Origin: Candidatus Thorarchaeota archaeon
GTDB lineage: Archaea; Asgardarchaeota; Thorarchaeia; Thorarchaeales; Thorarchaeaceae
Length of the DNA stretch: 64,000 nt
Assembly (NCBI GenBank): GCA_048882325.1
Contig: JBHLRS010000008.1
Coordinates: 34,056-98,055, forward strand
Direction: 5' to 3'
In this document: piece by piece, positions 47,342 to 56,827 of the stretch
Layout: each line of letters opens with the position of its first letter
Position numbering within the stretch: the stretch's first letter is position 1
Position numbers and translations under genes: made by a program
The notes under the pieces: generated by a model
The model's input: the letters and a program-made list of their open reading frames with translations, nothing else
What the model was told of the DNA's origin: nothing
Database searches by the model: none

Positions 47342-49789
47342 TTACTTCTCAGAAGCTTCATCTGCTGCTATTCTTCTTTCTATCATCGCTCGGACATTTG
47401 GCGGCAATGATTCCGGATCAGTCTTGTACTGCTCTTTCAACTTCTCAATCATCTCTGGACTAGGTCTCCCGGAGCCAATTGGTCCACCATGACCGATTGT
47501 TTCTTTCTTTCCAACATCTTCTTTCTTGTCTTTGCTCACTTTCTCAGCCTCAACCATTTTTTCTATCCATTCTCGTATATGAAGCGGGATCGAGTCAGGG
47601 TCACTCTTGTACCGTTCCTTCATCATATTGATCATCTCTGGTGATGGCCTACCAGAGCCTGCAGGACCAGCATGACCCACCATTTCTTTTCTGAGTCTGT
47701 CCTGTTCAGCTCCTTCGGATTTTCCATCAGAGTCGATCATTTTCTCTATCATGTCGCGCATCGGGGCAGGTATCGAATCAGGGTCCGACTTGTACCGTTC
47801 TTTGATTTTTTCAATCATTTCTGGAGATGGTTTCATTCCACCCATGTGTCCACCCATACCATGATGACTCATCCCACCACCCATTCCCATCATCATTCCT
47901 GGACCAGATGGAGAGAAGGTTTCTTTCACACCATGTTTCTCAACCTCAGACTTAGCGATTTCAGCAACTTCCTCTGTTAATTCTTCCACACCCTGGTGTG
48001 CATAGTAAGTGTCGTACAACGACTTGAAGACACCATTCAACGCAAGTAGTTCCTCATGTGTCCCTTGTTCGACCAAGTTTCCATGATCAAACACAAAGAC
48101 CCTTGAAGCATTAGCAATTGTTGTCAAGCGGTGTGCAATTACGATGGTTGTTCTGTTTGAGAATAATCGTTCTTGAGCATCCTGAACTAGCGACTCACTA
48201 TATGCATCCAGTCGGCTTGTCGCTTCATCAAGTATGAGTATTTTTGGATCAGCTAGCATTGTTCGTGCGATTGTTATCATTTGACGCTGACCAGCACTCA
48301 GGTTCTTCCCACCCTCAATGATAATAGTATCATACCCATCAGCAAGAACCTCAATGAACTCATTAGCTCCAATCTCCTTGCAGATTGCGTAAATCTCCTC
48401 GTCGGTTGCATCTGGACGACCATATCGGATGTTCTCGAATATAGTATCATCGAAGAGATAGGGTTCCTGGGGAATTAGAGACATTGAATTATGCAGAGAT
48501 TCTTGAGTGACCATTCGAAGGTCTTGACCTCCAATGAAGATTCCACCTTCAGTAGGATCATAGAAGCGATTAACCAGTGAAGCGATAGTAGTCTTCCCAG
48601 CTCCTGTGTGACCAACGATGGCAACCATTTCACCGGGCTCGATGGAGAAGTTCACATTGTTCAATACTGGCGTATCTTTCACATATTCAAAACTTACATC
48701 CTGGAAATATATCCCATCACTCTCTTCAGCAAGCGGTTCAGCACCAATAGCATCAGAAATGGCAGGTTTGGATTCTAGTACATCCATAACACGATCCATT
48801 GCAGCCATCGAGGTCTGCACCTGAGTAAACATCATGCTGAGGGCTAATAGAGGCCAGAGGAATCTACTGATGAGAGAAATTCCAAGAAATACCTCACCAA
48901 TTGTCAAGAAGGGCAATGATCCAACAGCCAGGCCCCCTGCAACAAACAACATTGCTGCGAGGGCAAATTGCCCAATTGATCGAACAAGAGGTTGCATCGC
49001 ACTCATTAGAATCATAAATCTGAAACCATGCTGATATGATGTCTGGTTCAGTTCCATCATATTCTCGGCAAGTTCTTTCTCACGATTGAATGCTTTCGCC
49101 ACATGAATCCCACTGAGGTTTTCAGCTATCTGTCCTGAAACAGCTCCAGAAGCTCTTCGAGAAGCTAACATGATTCTCTGACCTACTGTTCCAAATAATA
49201 ATGTGATAAAGCCAATACCAGGGGCAACAACAAGAGTTGTCAGAGCTATGTAGGGATTCACCCACCACAAAAGTATGAATGATGAAACTAACATTAAAGC
49301 TTGACTTGAGAAATCAATTAAAACCTGAACTCCAGTACCAAGTTCAACGGTGTCTGAGGTCACTCTGGCTGTGACATTTCCACTCTGTTGGCTTTTGTGA
49401 TATGATAGATCAGACCGTAGAAGATTTGAATAGAGATCCTCCTGAATATTCTGAACAAATCCAGCTTGTGCACCAGCAAGAATCCAAGTATTGACACTTC
49501 CCATAATCCAAGATGTAACCTTTAGCACGATATACAGTAAAGTCAGGAACATAGTTGTTTCAAACACTGGATTGTTGACAAGTATGGAATCAATTCCAAA
49601 CGCTAGAATCAATGGATCAAAGACTGAAACTATAGTAGCCGCAAGTGACAGAACTGCACCAATTGCCACAATACGTTTGAATCGTCCAAGATATTGAACC
49701 ATTCTGCCAAGCAGTACTCGAATTGGTCGACTTCTTTTCGCTTTTTCTCCTGCTAAAGCAGTCGGACCACGTCTTCCATGCATTGCCAT
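47342..49789 (-). CDS. ABC exporter half (TMD-NBD, consensus site) with repeated C-terminal extension
   Basis: GHTGAGKTT, LSAGQRQ, LILDEATS, IAHRL. Confidence 0.92.
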   Translation of the reverse strand: MAMHGRRGPTALAGEKAKRSRPIRVLLGRMVQYLGRFKRIVAIGAVLSLAATIVSVFDPLILAFGIDSILVNNPVFETTMFLTLLYIVLKVTSWIMGSVNTWILAGAQAGFVQNIQEDLYSNLLRSDLSYHKSQQSGNVTARVTSDTVELGTGVQVLIDFSSQALMLVSSFILLWWVNPYIALTTLVVAPGIGFITLLFGTVGQRIMLASRRASGAVSGQIAENLSGIHVAKAFNREKELAENMMELNQTSYQHGFRFMILMSAMQPLVRSIGQFALAAMLFVAGGLAVGSLPFLTIGEVFLGISLISRFLWPLLALSMMFTQVQTSMAAMDRVMDVLESKPAISDAIGAEPLAEESDGIYFQDVSFEYVKDTPVLNNVNFSIEPGEMVAIVGHTGAGKTTIASLVNRFYDPTEGGIFIGGQDLRMVTQESLHNSMSLIPQEPYLFDDTIFENIRYGRPDATDEEIYAICKEIGANEFIEVLADGYDTIIIEGGKNLSAGQRQMITIARTMLADPKILILDEATSRLDAYSESLVQDAQERLFSNRTTIVIAHRLTTIANASRVFVFDHGNLVEQGTHEELLALNGVFKSLYDTYYAHQGVEELTEEVAEIAKSEVEKHGVKETFSPSGPGMMMGMGGGMSHHGMGGHMGGMKPSPEMIEKIKERYKSDPDSIPAPMRDMIEKMIDSDGKSEGAEQDRLRKEMVGHAGPAGSGRPSPEMINMMKERYKSDPDSIPLHIREWIEKMVEAEKVSKDKKEDVGKKETIGHGGPIGSGRPSPEMIEKLKEQYKTDPESLPPNVRAMIERRIAADEASEK

Positions 49790-51675
49790 TACAGACTGCC
49801 TCCTCTAGTTGTTGCAGTTGCGAGAAGCGTTTGAGCTCCCGGAAGTCGTTCAAAGATTCTCCTATAGTGCCCAGAGTCACGGAGGAGGGCCTCATGACTT
49901 CCTGAAGCAATAATCTCTCCTTTGTCCACAATTATAACTAAATCCGATTCCATCAACGTTCTCAGACGTTGAGTCACGGTGATACTTGTGCGATTAACCA
50001 TCACTTCTTCCAAAGCCTTTCTCATCAGAAACTCAGTCTGAGCGTCCACTGCGCTTACTGAATCGTCTAGCAGGAGAATTTTGGGGTCTTGAATAATGGC
50101 TCGTGCGATAGCTAGGCGTTGACGTTGTCCACCTGAGAGTGTCATCCCGCGCTCTCCAATCATTGCATTATATTTTTCAGGCAGTTCAACAATGAACTCG
50201 TGGGCTTGTGCGCGTCTGGCAGCTTCTTCAATCTCTTCATCACTTGCCTCATGTCTCCCAAATGCAATATTATCACGAACACTCATTCGAAAGAGAAAGA
50301 TGTCTTGCTCGACAAGACCAACAACATCTCGTACGTCCTTGGTCGTAACATCTTGAAGGCTGACACCTCCAACTGTGATTGATCCCTCGGTGGGATCATA
50401 TAATCGTAGAAGAAGTTTCAGAATTGTACTTTTTCCACCACCAGGACCACCAATGAGTGCGACTCTAGAACCTCCAGGTATTGTGATGTTGAAATTCTTC
50501 AGAGCATAGTGGTCGTTTTCGCTATTATTATCACCATATTTGAAACTCACATTGTCAAAAACGATATCCCCGAGCCAATCGATTTCCTGGACTGGATCAG
50601 CTGGTTCGATGAGAATTTCTTTCCAATTCAAAATATCTACGATTCTCTGTGCATTCACATAGCCACCTCTCAGGATGAGCAACATTCGAGGGAGATGGAA
50701 GTTCATTCCTTCTAGAGCCCCAAGCAGAGCTAGAATTGTGACTAGTTCACCAATTGTGAGTGCACCATTGATAACTGCCAATGCCGCGTATAGAAAAGCA
50801 ATGGAGGTCATCGCAACAAGTACCAAGGCGGGAATATAGAAGGAAGCGAGTCTACCTTCTCTTGTAATCGATGTTTCGTATGTCTTACTCACGTCATGGA
50901 ACTTGGTCTGTTCATAATCCTCTTTTCCGAAAGCTCGAACAACCTCAATGCCTGTGAACACTCCTTGGGTTATTGCAGTGAGGTTTTCCATGTCTTCAGC
51001 TCGTTTGCGCCGAACTGGTTCAACAGCATTCGCATAGCGATAGGAAAACACAAGGTACAATGGTGTGCCAATAAGCATGATCAATGTAAAACCATAGATG
51101 GGGATAGTTATTCCGCTAATGGAGATGACAGAGATACTTTGGAGTGCAGGTGAGAAGTCAATCTGGATTAGGATGATTGCAGTTATTCCAAATGAGATGA
51201 AACTCCCTGCAAGGTTGCGTAAGGCTGGATTAAGTGAGAAACGTACCCATGAGATATCTTGCATTGCGACTGAAAGAAGCCGCTTACTGTCAACCTCGTC
51301 ATGAAAAGTCATGCTATAGTCTTGAAGTGCTTCAAAGAAATCTTGACGCGCATCTCGTTCCCAGCGAAGAGTAACAATTGCCCAAACATATCCCACGATG
51401 AAATAGAGACCCATGTAAAGTAAGCCAAGTCCGATGATTAACCAGACATAGAAAATGAATTGTGGGGTTAGAGAAAGGACAGGTGTTATGCCATCCGGTT
51501 GAAGCAGTTCATTCACAGCCATACCCACAATTATCGAGGGTATTGTTACCAGTAAGGTCGATATGACTGTGAGAAGCAATGCAAAGAAGGTGATTCCCTT
51601 GTTTCTCATCAATCCACTAAGCATATAGCGAGCAGGGCTCTTTCTGATGGTGTGCCCACCATTGTTTCTAGCCAA
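49789..51675 (-). CDS. ABC exporter half (TMD-NBD, degenerate site); heterodimer partner
   Basis: GGPGGGKST, LSGGQRQ, LLLDDS (E to D), VTQR (H to Q). Confidence 0.92.
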   Translation of the reverse strand: MARNNGGHTIRKSPARYMLSGLMRNKGITFFALLLTVISTLLVTIPSIIVGMAVNELLQPDGITPVLSLTPQFIFYVWLIIGLGLLYMGLYFIVGYVWAIVTLRWERDARQDFFEALQDYSMTFHDEVDSKRLLSVAMQDISWVRFSLNPALRNLAGSFISFGITAIILIQIDFSPALQSISVISISGITIPIYGFTLIMLIGTPLYLVFSYRYANAVEPVRRKRAEDMENLTAITQGVFTGIEVVRAFGKEDYEQTKFHDVSKTYETSITREGRLASFYIPALVLVAMTSIAFLYAALAVINGALTIGELVTILALLGALEGMNFHLPRMLLILRGGYVNAQRIVDILNWKEILIEPADPVQEIDWLGDIVFDNVSFKYGDNNSENDHYALKNFNITIPGGSRVALIGGPGGGKSTILKLLLRLYDPTEGSITVGGVSLQDVTTKDVRDVVGLVEQDIFLFRMSVRDNIAFGRHEASDEEIEEAARRAQAHEFIVELPEKYNAMIGERGMTLSGGQRQRLAIARAIIQDPKILLLDDSVSAVDAQTEFLMRKALEEVMVNRTSITVTQRLRTLMESDLVIIVDKGEIIASGSHEALLRDSGHYRRIFERLPGAQTLLATATTRGGSL

Positions 51676-51676
51676 T

Positions 51677-52222
51677 CTATGTTCCTCCTGATTTTAGCAT
51701 TTCAATGAGGGATGAGATCCGATTTTTCATCTCCTCGAGATGTTTCAGTAGTTTTTGACGATCTTTTGTTTTGAGAGACTTCACTGTATTTTCTAAGGAT
51801 TCCAATGCAAGGTCAGTGCCATGAATATGGAAATGGATACGTTCAGAGGGGTCAAGTAGCTTCTCCCATATTCTTGGTCCAAGCCGAGCTTTGTGCCCTA
51901 CTGCTCCTCTTCTCTTTTTAATAACCATCACCATATGTTCTCGACCCTGTTCGGTGAGACTGTAGGTCTTACTGCGGCCCTCTTGTTTTACGGTCACGAT
52001 AAGACCTGATTCTTCTAGAGATGCCAATAGTGGGTATATAGTACCAGGACTTGGATTCCACTCGCCATCTGTCAACTCATACAATTCTTGCATGATTTCT
52101 GTTCCTGACATATCTCTCCGCCTGAGCAGTCTCGGAATAATATGACGGAGCAGACCTCTCGGTACAGACTGAGGCATCTCCAAATGATCACATTCCTTCT
52201 GTTGAACATCCTCGTTCGTCAT
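51677..52222 (-). CDS. PadR-family transcriptional regulator
   Basis: PRGLLR, SGTEIM, WNPSPGTIYPLLASLEESGL, YSLTEQG. Confidence 0.92.
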   Translation of the reverse strand: MTNEDVQQKECDHLEMPQSVPRGLLRHIIPRLLRRRDMSGTEIMQELYELTDGEWNPSPGTIYPLLASLEESGLIVTVKQEGRSKTYSLTEQGREHMVMVIKKRRGAVGHKARLGPRIWEKLLDPSERIHFHIHGTDLALESLENTVKSLKTKDRQKLLKHLEEMKNRISSLIEMLKSGGT

Positions 52223-52236
52223 GATCACTCTCAATA

Positions 52237-52290
52237 ATATCGGATACGATTATCGAATGCGATATTTCTCAATATCGAATGCGATATAAA
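52237..52290. promoter_or_regulatory. Three ATATCG-N4-CGATAT-type palindromes overlapping the padR TATA box
   Basis: ATATCGgataCGATTA 52237, TTATCGaatgCGATAT 52250, ATATCGaatgCGATAT 52272; minus-strand TTTATAT at 52284-52290. Confidence 0.75.
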
Positions 52291-52375
52291 TGCATCGGAT
52301 AGGACATTCTGAGTCTTAGGGGAAGTTTGATAAGACCTCTACTGCGGTTGTAGCAAAATAGCGAGTGATGTAACC

Positions 52376-54202
52376 TTGGGAGAGAAGGCGAAAGTCAAGG
52401 AAACAGTTCGGTTGTACTCCAGAGTCTGGCAGTTACCAACTTATCGCCAGATAGTTTTCCAGATGATTCTACTCGTCTCCATTGGTTCTTTTGTTCTGAG
52501 TCTTGTGAAAGGTCTTCTGCTTGATGTATTTCTGTACTACCTAGTGATTCTGGGTGTACCAGTATTTGTCGGGTCAGGTTTGCTTTACCTTATTGCCACA
52601 GAAGAGAACTCCCCCTTAGATGGAAGAAGAACAGCAGGTCTTGTCCAGTTTGGATTGATATTTTGGATTGCATTGAGTATGATAGGAGGGATAGTGGATG
52701 CTGTCTCTTCTTCAGCGTCATTTGAGATCAGGTTCTCGATACTAGGAGTTTCGATAGCTTATCTCGCATTTGCTTTCTTGGTGAACGGACTTAGTGACCA
52801 TCATCCAATAAGAAACACGTTTGCTGCGTTGATGCCACCTGTCCTTTGGATTGGAGTCGAGCTGGCTATTGCACCAATGAGCCCTATGATTCCTGAATTT
52901 CCATCCACTTGGTATATTCCAGTTGTCAGCTCGTTGATCATCGCATCACTTGTTGTGCACTACATCTATAGAGCTGTCAGTGTGCCCTTCGAGAGAGACC
53001 TGGGGATTAATGGTCCACAGCTCCTCAGAGCATTTGGTCATGACTATTTGGCGAATAATCCAGACCCTTTTGAGAAGATTTTAACGGACATTGCCACTAT
53101 CCAAGAGATTCCTGTTGAAATCCTGATGTTTCGAGATGATGATGGGCCAGTAGCTTGTGGAGTCATTCAATATGTCCACCCAGGACCTTTCCGCGATATA
53201 GGTAGCAGCGATTTTCCTTCTGTCATAATAGACCACATTCAGGAGAAACACGGTATCCCTGCATTCATCATGCATGGTAGCTGTACTCACCAGCAGAATC
53301 TGACGACGAAGGATGATTATCCTATTGTACTCGCAGAAATAGACCGTCTCATAGAAGAAACTGAAGTCCATGATCTAGTATCAGGACCACACTGGTCTGA
53401 TGGTGGGAAGTTCAAGGTGTGGAGTCTGTTTGTAGGAAACGATGTTCTCACAATAAGTACAAGTGCCCCAGAGTTCACTGATGACATTTCACTCGATGTG
53501 GGATACGACTTAGCAAATATGATTCGTGAACGACTTCCTCAAATCGGAGGGATTGCTGTCGTTGATGCACACAACTGCATTGATGATAAAGCTGTTTCCG
53601 TGACACAGGGAGATCCAGAAGCAAGTGAGTATGTTGGCACTGTGTCGGGAGCGGTGTTCTCCACAATTAACAATGAGCGGTCCAAGGTGCGACTTGGGAT
53701 GCATCAGGTAATTCCTGATGACATCAGCCAATCTGAGGGCATGGGTTCCGGTGGTGTAATAGCAGTGGTCCTTGATTTTGGAGACCGTGAGATGATATTG
53801 ATTTCTATTGATGGGAATAATATGGAACCAGGTTTCAGAGAGAAAGCTCAAAGTCTCCTCAAGGCACAAGGGTTCGATGATGCAGAACTCATAACAACGG
53901 ACACTCATGTTGTTAACGCAATTTCTCTATCAAGTAGAGGATACCCACCAGTGGGACGGAACAAACCTGATACCACACTTGAACATATTATGACAGCTTC
54001 AGTAAAAGCAAGGGAACGTGTTCAACCGGTCAAGGTCGGTCTTGGTTTTGGAAAAGCAACTAATCTCCGAACTTTCGGTGAGAAAGGTTTTGACACTCTA
54101 ACTCAAGATGTTGCGGAAGCGGCAGGTATAGCAAAAAAAGTCGGAATCAGAGCTGGCGGCGGATCAATCCTTCTCAACATCCTTTTAGCATTCCTATTTT
54201 GA
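52376..54202 (+). CDS. DUF2070 family membrane protein
   Basis: N-terminal TMs; VHPGPFRDIGS, HGSCTH, VDAHN, DGNN, TTDTH. Confidence 0.88.
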   Translation: MGEKAKVKETVRLYSRVWQLPTYRQIVFQMILLVSIGSFVLSLVKGLLLDVFLYYLVILGVPVFVGSGLLYLIATEENSPLDGRRTAGLVQFGLIFWIALSMIGGIVDAVSSSASFEIRFSILGVSIAYLAFAFLVNGLSDHHPIRNTFAALMPPVLWIGVELAIAPMSPMIPEFPSTWYIPVVSSLIIASLVVHYIYRAVSVPFERDLGINGPQLLRAFGHDYLANNPDPFEKILTDIATIQEIPVEILMFRDDDGPVACGVIQYVHPGPFRDIGSSDFPSVIIDHIQEKHGIPAFIMHGSCTHQQNLTTKDDYPIVLAEIDRLIEETEVHDLVSGPHWSDGGKFKVWSLFVGNDVLTISTSAPEFTDDISLDVGYDLANMIRERLPQIGGIAVVDAHNCIDDKAVSVTQGDPEASEYVGTVSGAVFSTINNERSKVRLGMHQVIPDDISQSEGMGSGGVIAVVLDFGDREMILISIDGNNMEPGFREKAQSLLKAQGFDDAELITTDTHVVNAISLSSRGYPPVGRNKPDTTLEHIMTASVKARERVQPVKVGLGFGKATNLRTFGEKGFDTLTQDVAEAAGIAKKVGIRAGGGSILLNILLAFLF

Positions 54203-54264
54203 GAATTCCACCCTTTCGATACAGGTATATGGCAAAATCTGATTCAGAAAATTAAGTTCACCTG

Positions 54265-54837
54265 GTGACAATGATGAAGAAACATGTCCTTGTCTGTATG
54301 ACTGGAGCAAGTGGAGCGATATATGGGATAAGACTACTTAGAGCTCTCAAATCATTAGGCCATGAGGTCCATTTAATTATCAGTAAGTGGGGCGAAGAAA
54401 CCCTCAAGTATGAAACAGGGATTGATACAGACACCCTCAAGAAAGAGGTGGACTTTTTCTACGATGAACATGACTTAGCTGCAGGTCCAGCAAGTGGAAC
54501 CTTTCCAATAGATTCCATGGTCGTAATTCCTTGTTCGATGAAGACACTAGCTGGTATTGCTCATGGATATGCAGACAATCTAATTGGGAGGGCAGCGGAC
54601 TGTAGTCTCAAAGAGCGACGGAAACTTATCATAGTCCCTCGAGAGTCACCAATGAATCTGATTCAAATTAGGAATATGGCTGCTGTGACCGAAGCAGGGG
54701 CTATTGTGATTCCAGCGAGTCCAGCCTTCTGGTCTAAGCCCACGACCATCGAGGAACTTGTGGACTCAGTCATTGAGAGAGTGCTCGCACATCTTGGGAT
54801 TGAAAAAGAATCCGCAGCAAAATGGACCGGAGAATGA
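54265..54837 (+). CDS. ubiX: Flavin prenyltransferase
   Basis: MTGASGAIYG, ASGT, PCSMKTLAGIAHG, KERRKL..PRESP, PAFW. Confidence 0.95.
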   Translation: MTMMKKHVLVCMTGASGAIYGIRLLRALKSLGHEVHLIISKWGEETLKYETGIDTDTLKKEVDFFYDEHDLAAGPASGTFPIDSMVVIPCSMKTLAGIAHGYADNLIGRAADCSLKERRKLIIVPRESPMNLIQIRNMAAVTEAGAIVIPASPAFWSKPTTIEELVDSVIERVLAHLGIEKESAAKWTGE

Positions 54838-54889
54838 AGATCTAGTCTCCTTTTCAAGATTCAGTCTTTCTGATTTCAGTCCATATGGA

Positions 54890-56752
54890 CTAACCCCAAT
54901 GTAGTGGTGTACCACAATGCTCACAGATTACTGTTTCACCTGGAAGAGCCCGTTTTGGTAATGCTGCGCCACATTGAACACACTCGATCTTCTTTGGTGC
55001 AGTATCCCCGGTCTTAGCTTGATGCTTGAGAAGAACCTCCCTTAGATTCTCCTTCATCTCCGAAAGAAGCATTTCCATCTTGCTTTCATCATCGCTTGCC
55101 ACAGAAACCTTCATGGTCAGATTCTCTTTTGATGCGGAACCAATCACAACAAATTCAGTTCCAGCTAGAGCCTTGCCATAATACCATGACTCCTCTCCAT
55201 TCTTAGTACCGCTTTTTTCTCCAACAAACTTCACGCTTTGCTGTTCAATCACATCATTTACAAGATCCAACATCTCTTGAACATCTGCATCCGGTTCCAT
55301 CTGATACTCAGCAGCTCTCTCTGTCTGTAACCGAGTTTCAAGCAAGTGCTCAAGGTCAGGCATGTTCATTGTTGAGAGATATGCATCTCGGGCTATTGAA
55401 GCATGTGCGGTTGGTATCTCCACCTTGCTGTCACCATGATTGTCACAATACAAGTATGCTTCGGACTTATCTCCATTTGTTTCAATATTTGTAAGATTCA
55501 CAGCATTATGGCATTTGTGACATTCGAATAGTTGACGATAGAACCTCTCAATTACAGGCTCACTGGCGCCAACATGTAAGTGTCGATTGTCACCATGACC
55601 ATTACGACATTCCATCTTTAAGTCAACAATATCATCATGAACCTTTGTTCCACGGATTGTCATCAGTGATGTACATTTTTCGCATTTAAGGCTCTCCTCA
55701 GTAGAAGGCATTCTATCTATTTGCTTGTCCCGTTCCTCAACATGCTTGTAAATACCGACAGCTACCCCCTTCTTGAAATCCCCATGAACAGGACAGACTA
55801 GCTTGAGTTCGACGTTATTTCCGCTGACTTTCGTTTCGACAATGTCAGTCACCATGTCACAATCATTGCACTTTATCACTCCACCAACTATGGCATCAAT
55901 CGCCTCCTCATCCAAATCGGAAGGCTGAGAGAGTTCTACACTATGACCATTCATACAGGTACATTTGAGTTTGTACTTCATCTTGTCTAGTTCAACAGAT
56001 CGGATAGACATCGAGTTACCGCAATCTCGGCAATTCAGCATTGACCTGACAATACTCCCCTCAGACATTGCTTCAACTATAGATTCAATCATCCAAGTAT
56101 ACTCAGCTGGGAGTTCCTTCTTCATTTTGCCATGTGCGGGACATGTCATCTCTATCTGAGCCTTGTTGCCTTTTGGCTGAGTTTGTAGAACTTGACATGG
56201 TAGTCCACACTCATCACAATGAATCAATCGTTTTACTGCTGTTTTAAGCACAGAGTCATCAGCTACTTTGGGAATGAACCGCATCTCCTTGTGACCATTT
56301 GGGCATCGTGATTTGACCTCAAGGATTCCCTTCTTATCTGAGATCTCTGCAGCTACAAAGACTTCTCCACACCGAGAACAGCTCAAAGAGTCAAGAATCG
56401 ACTTAGATGTATTCAGACTACCCTGAAGTCCTGTAATTGCAGTGTGGTAGAACGCAGGTATTTCCCTCTTCTGAGGTCCATGAATTGGACAAATGAAAAC
56501 ATATTCCGCTTTATGTCGTCCTACATCTGTATTCATCAAGGTCATGGTTGAGCCACACTCAAGACAGGTGAAAATTCCTTGAAAGACTTCATGAGCCATA
56601 CTATCAGCTTGATATCGTGAAATGTCTCTTTTACCCTTGTGACCATTCAGACATTGGCAATAGACGCGGAGTGTATGTCCTCTCAGTTCTCCAGCGAGAA
56701 CATAGAAAGGTTCCTTACATTTCTTGCACGTGAAAATCGTTCTCTCCTCCAC
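54890..56752 (-). CDS. Poly-zinc-ribbon protein (8 Cys3His ribbons) + platform-like domain + terminal Cys4 ribbon
   Basis: Alternating CxxC..CxxGH / CxxC..CxxHG x4; CVQC..CEHC end. Confidence 0.8.
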   Translation of the reverse strand: MEERTIFTCKKCKEPFYVLAGELRGHTLRVYCQCLNGHKGKRDISRYQADSMAHEVFQGIFTCLECGSTMTLMNTDVGRHKAEYVFICPIHGPQKREIPAFYHTAITGLQGSLNTSKSILDSLSCSRCGEVFVAAEISDKKGILEVKSRCPNGHKEMRFIPKVADDSVLKTAVKRLIHCDECGLPCQVLQTQPKGNKAQIEMTCPAHGKMKKELPAEYTWMIESIVEAMSEGSIVRSMLNCRDCGNSMSIRSVELDKMKYKLKCTCMNGHSVELSQPSDLDEEAIDAIVGGVIKCNDCDMVTDIVETKVSGNNVELKLVCPVHGDFKKGVAVGIYKHVEERDKQIDRMPSTEESLKCEKCTSLMTIRGTKVHDDIVDLKMECRNGHGDNRHLHVGASEPVIERFYRQLFECHKCHNAVNLTNIETNGDKSEAYLYCDNHGDSKVEIPTAHASIARDAYLSTMNMPDLEHLLETRLQTERAAEYQMEPDADVQEMLDLVNDVIEQQSVKFVGEKSGTKNGEESWYYGKALAGTEFVVIGSASKENLTMKVSVASDDESKMEMLLSEMKENLREVLLKHQAKTGDTAPKKIECVQCGAALPKRALPGETVICEHCGTPLHWG

Positions 56753-56827
56753 AAGGTGCGCGGTTGTTAATCCATACCAGATTTGCCTAGCTTCCTAAAA
56801 GGTATTACGTAGACGCCATCTGAGCTC

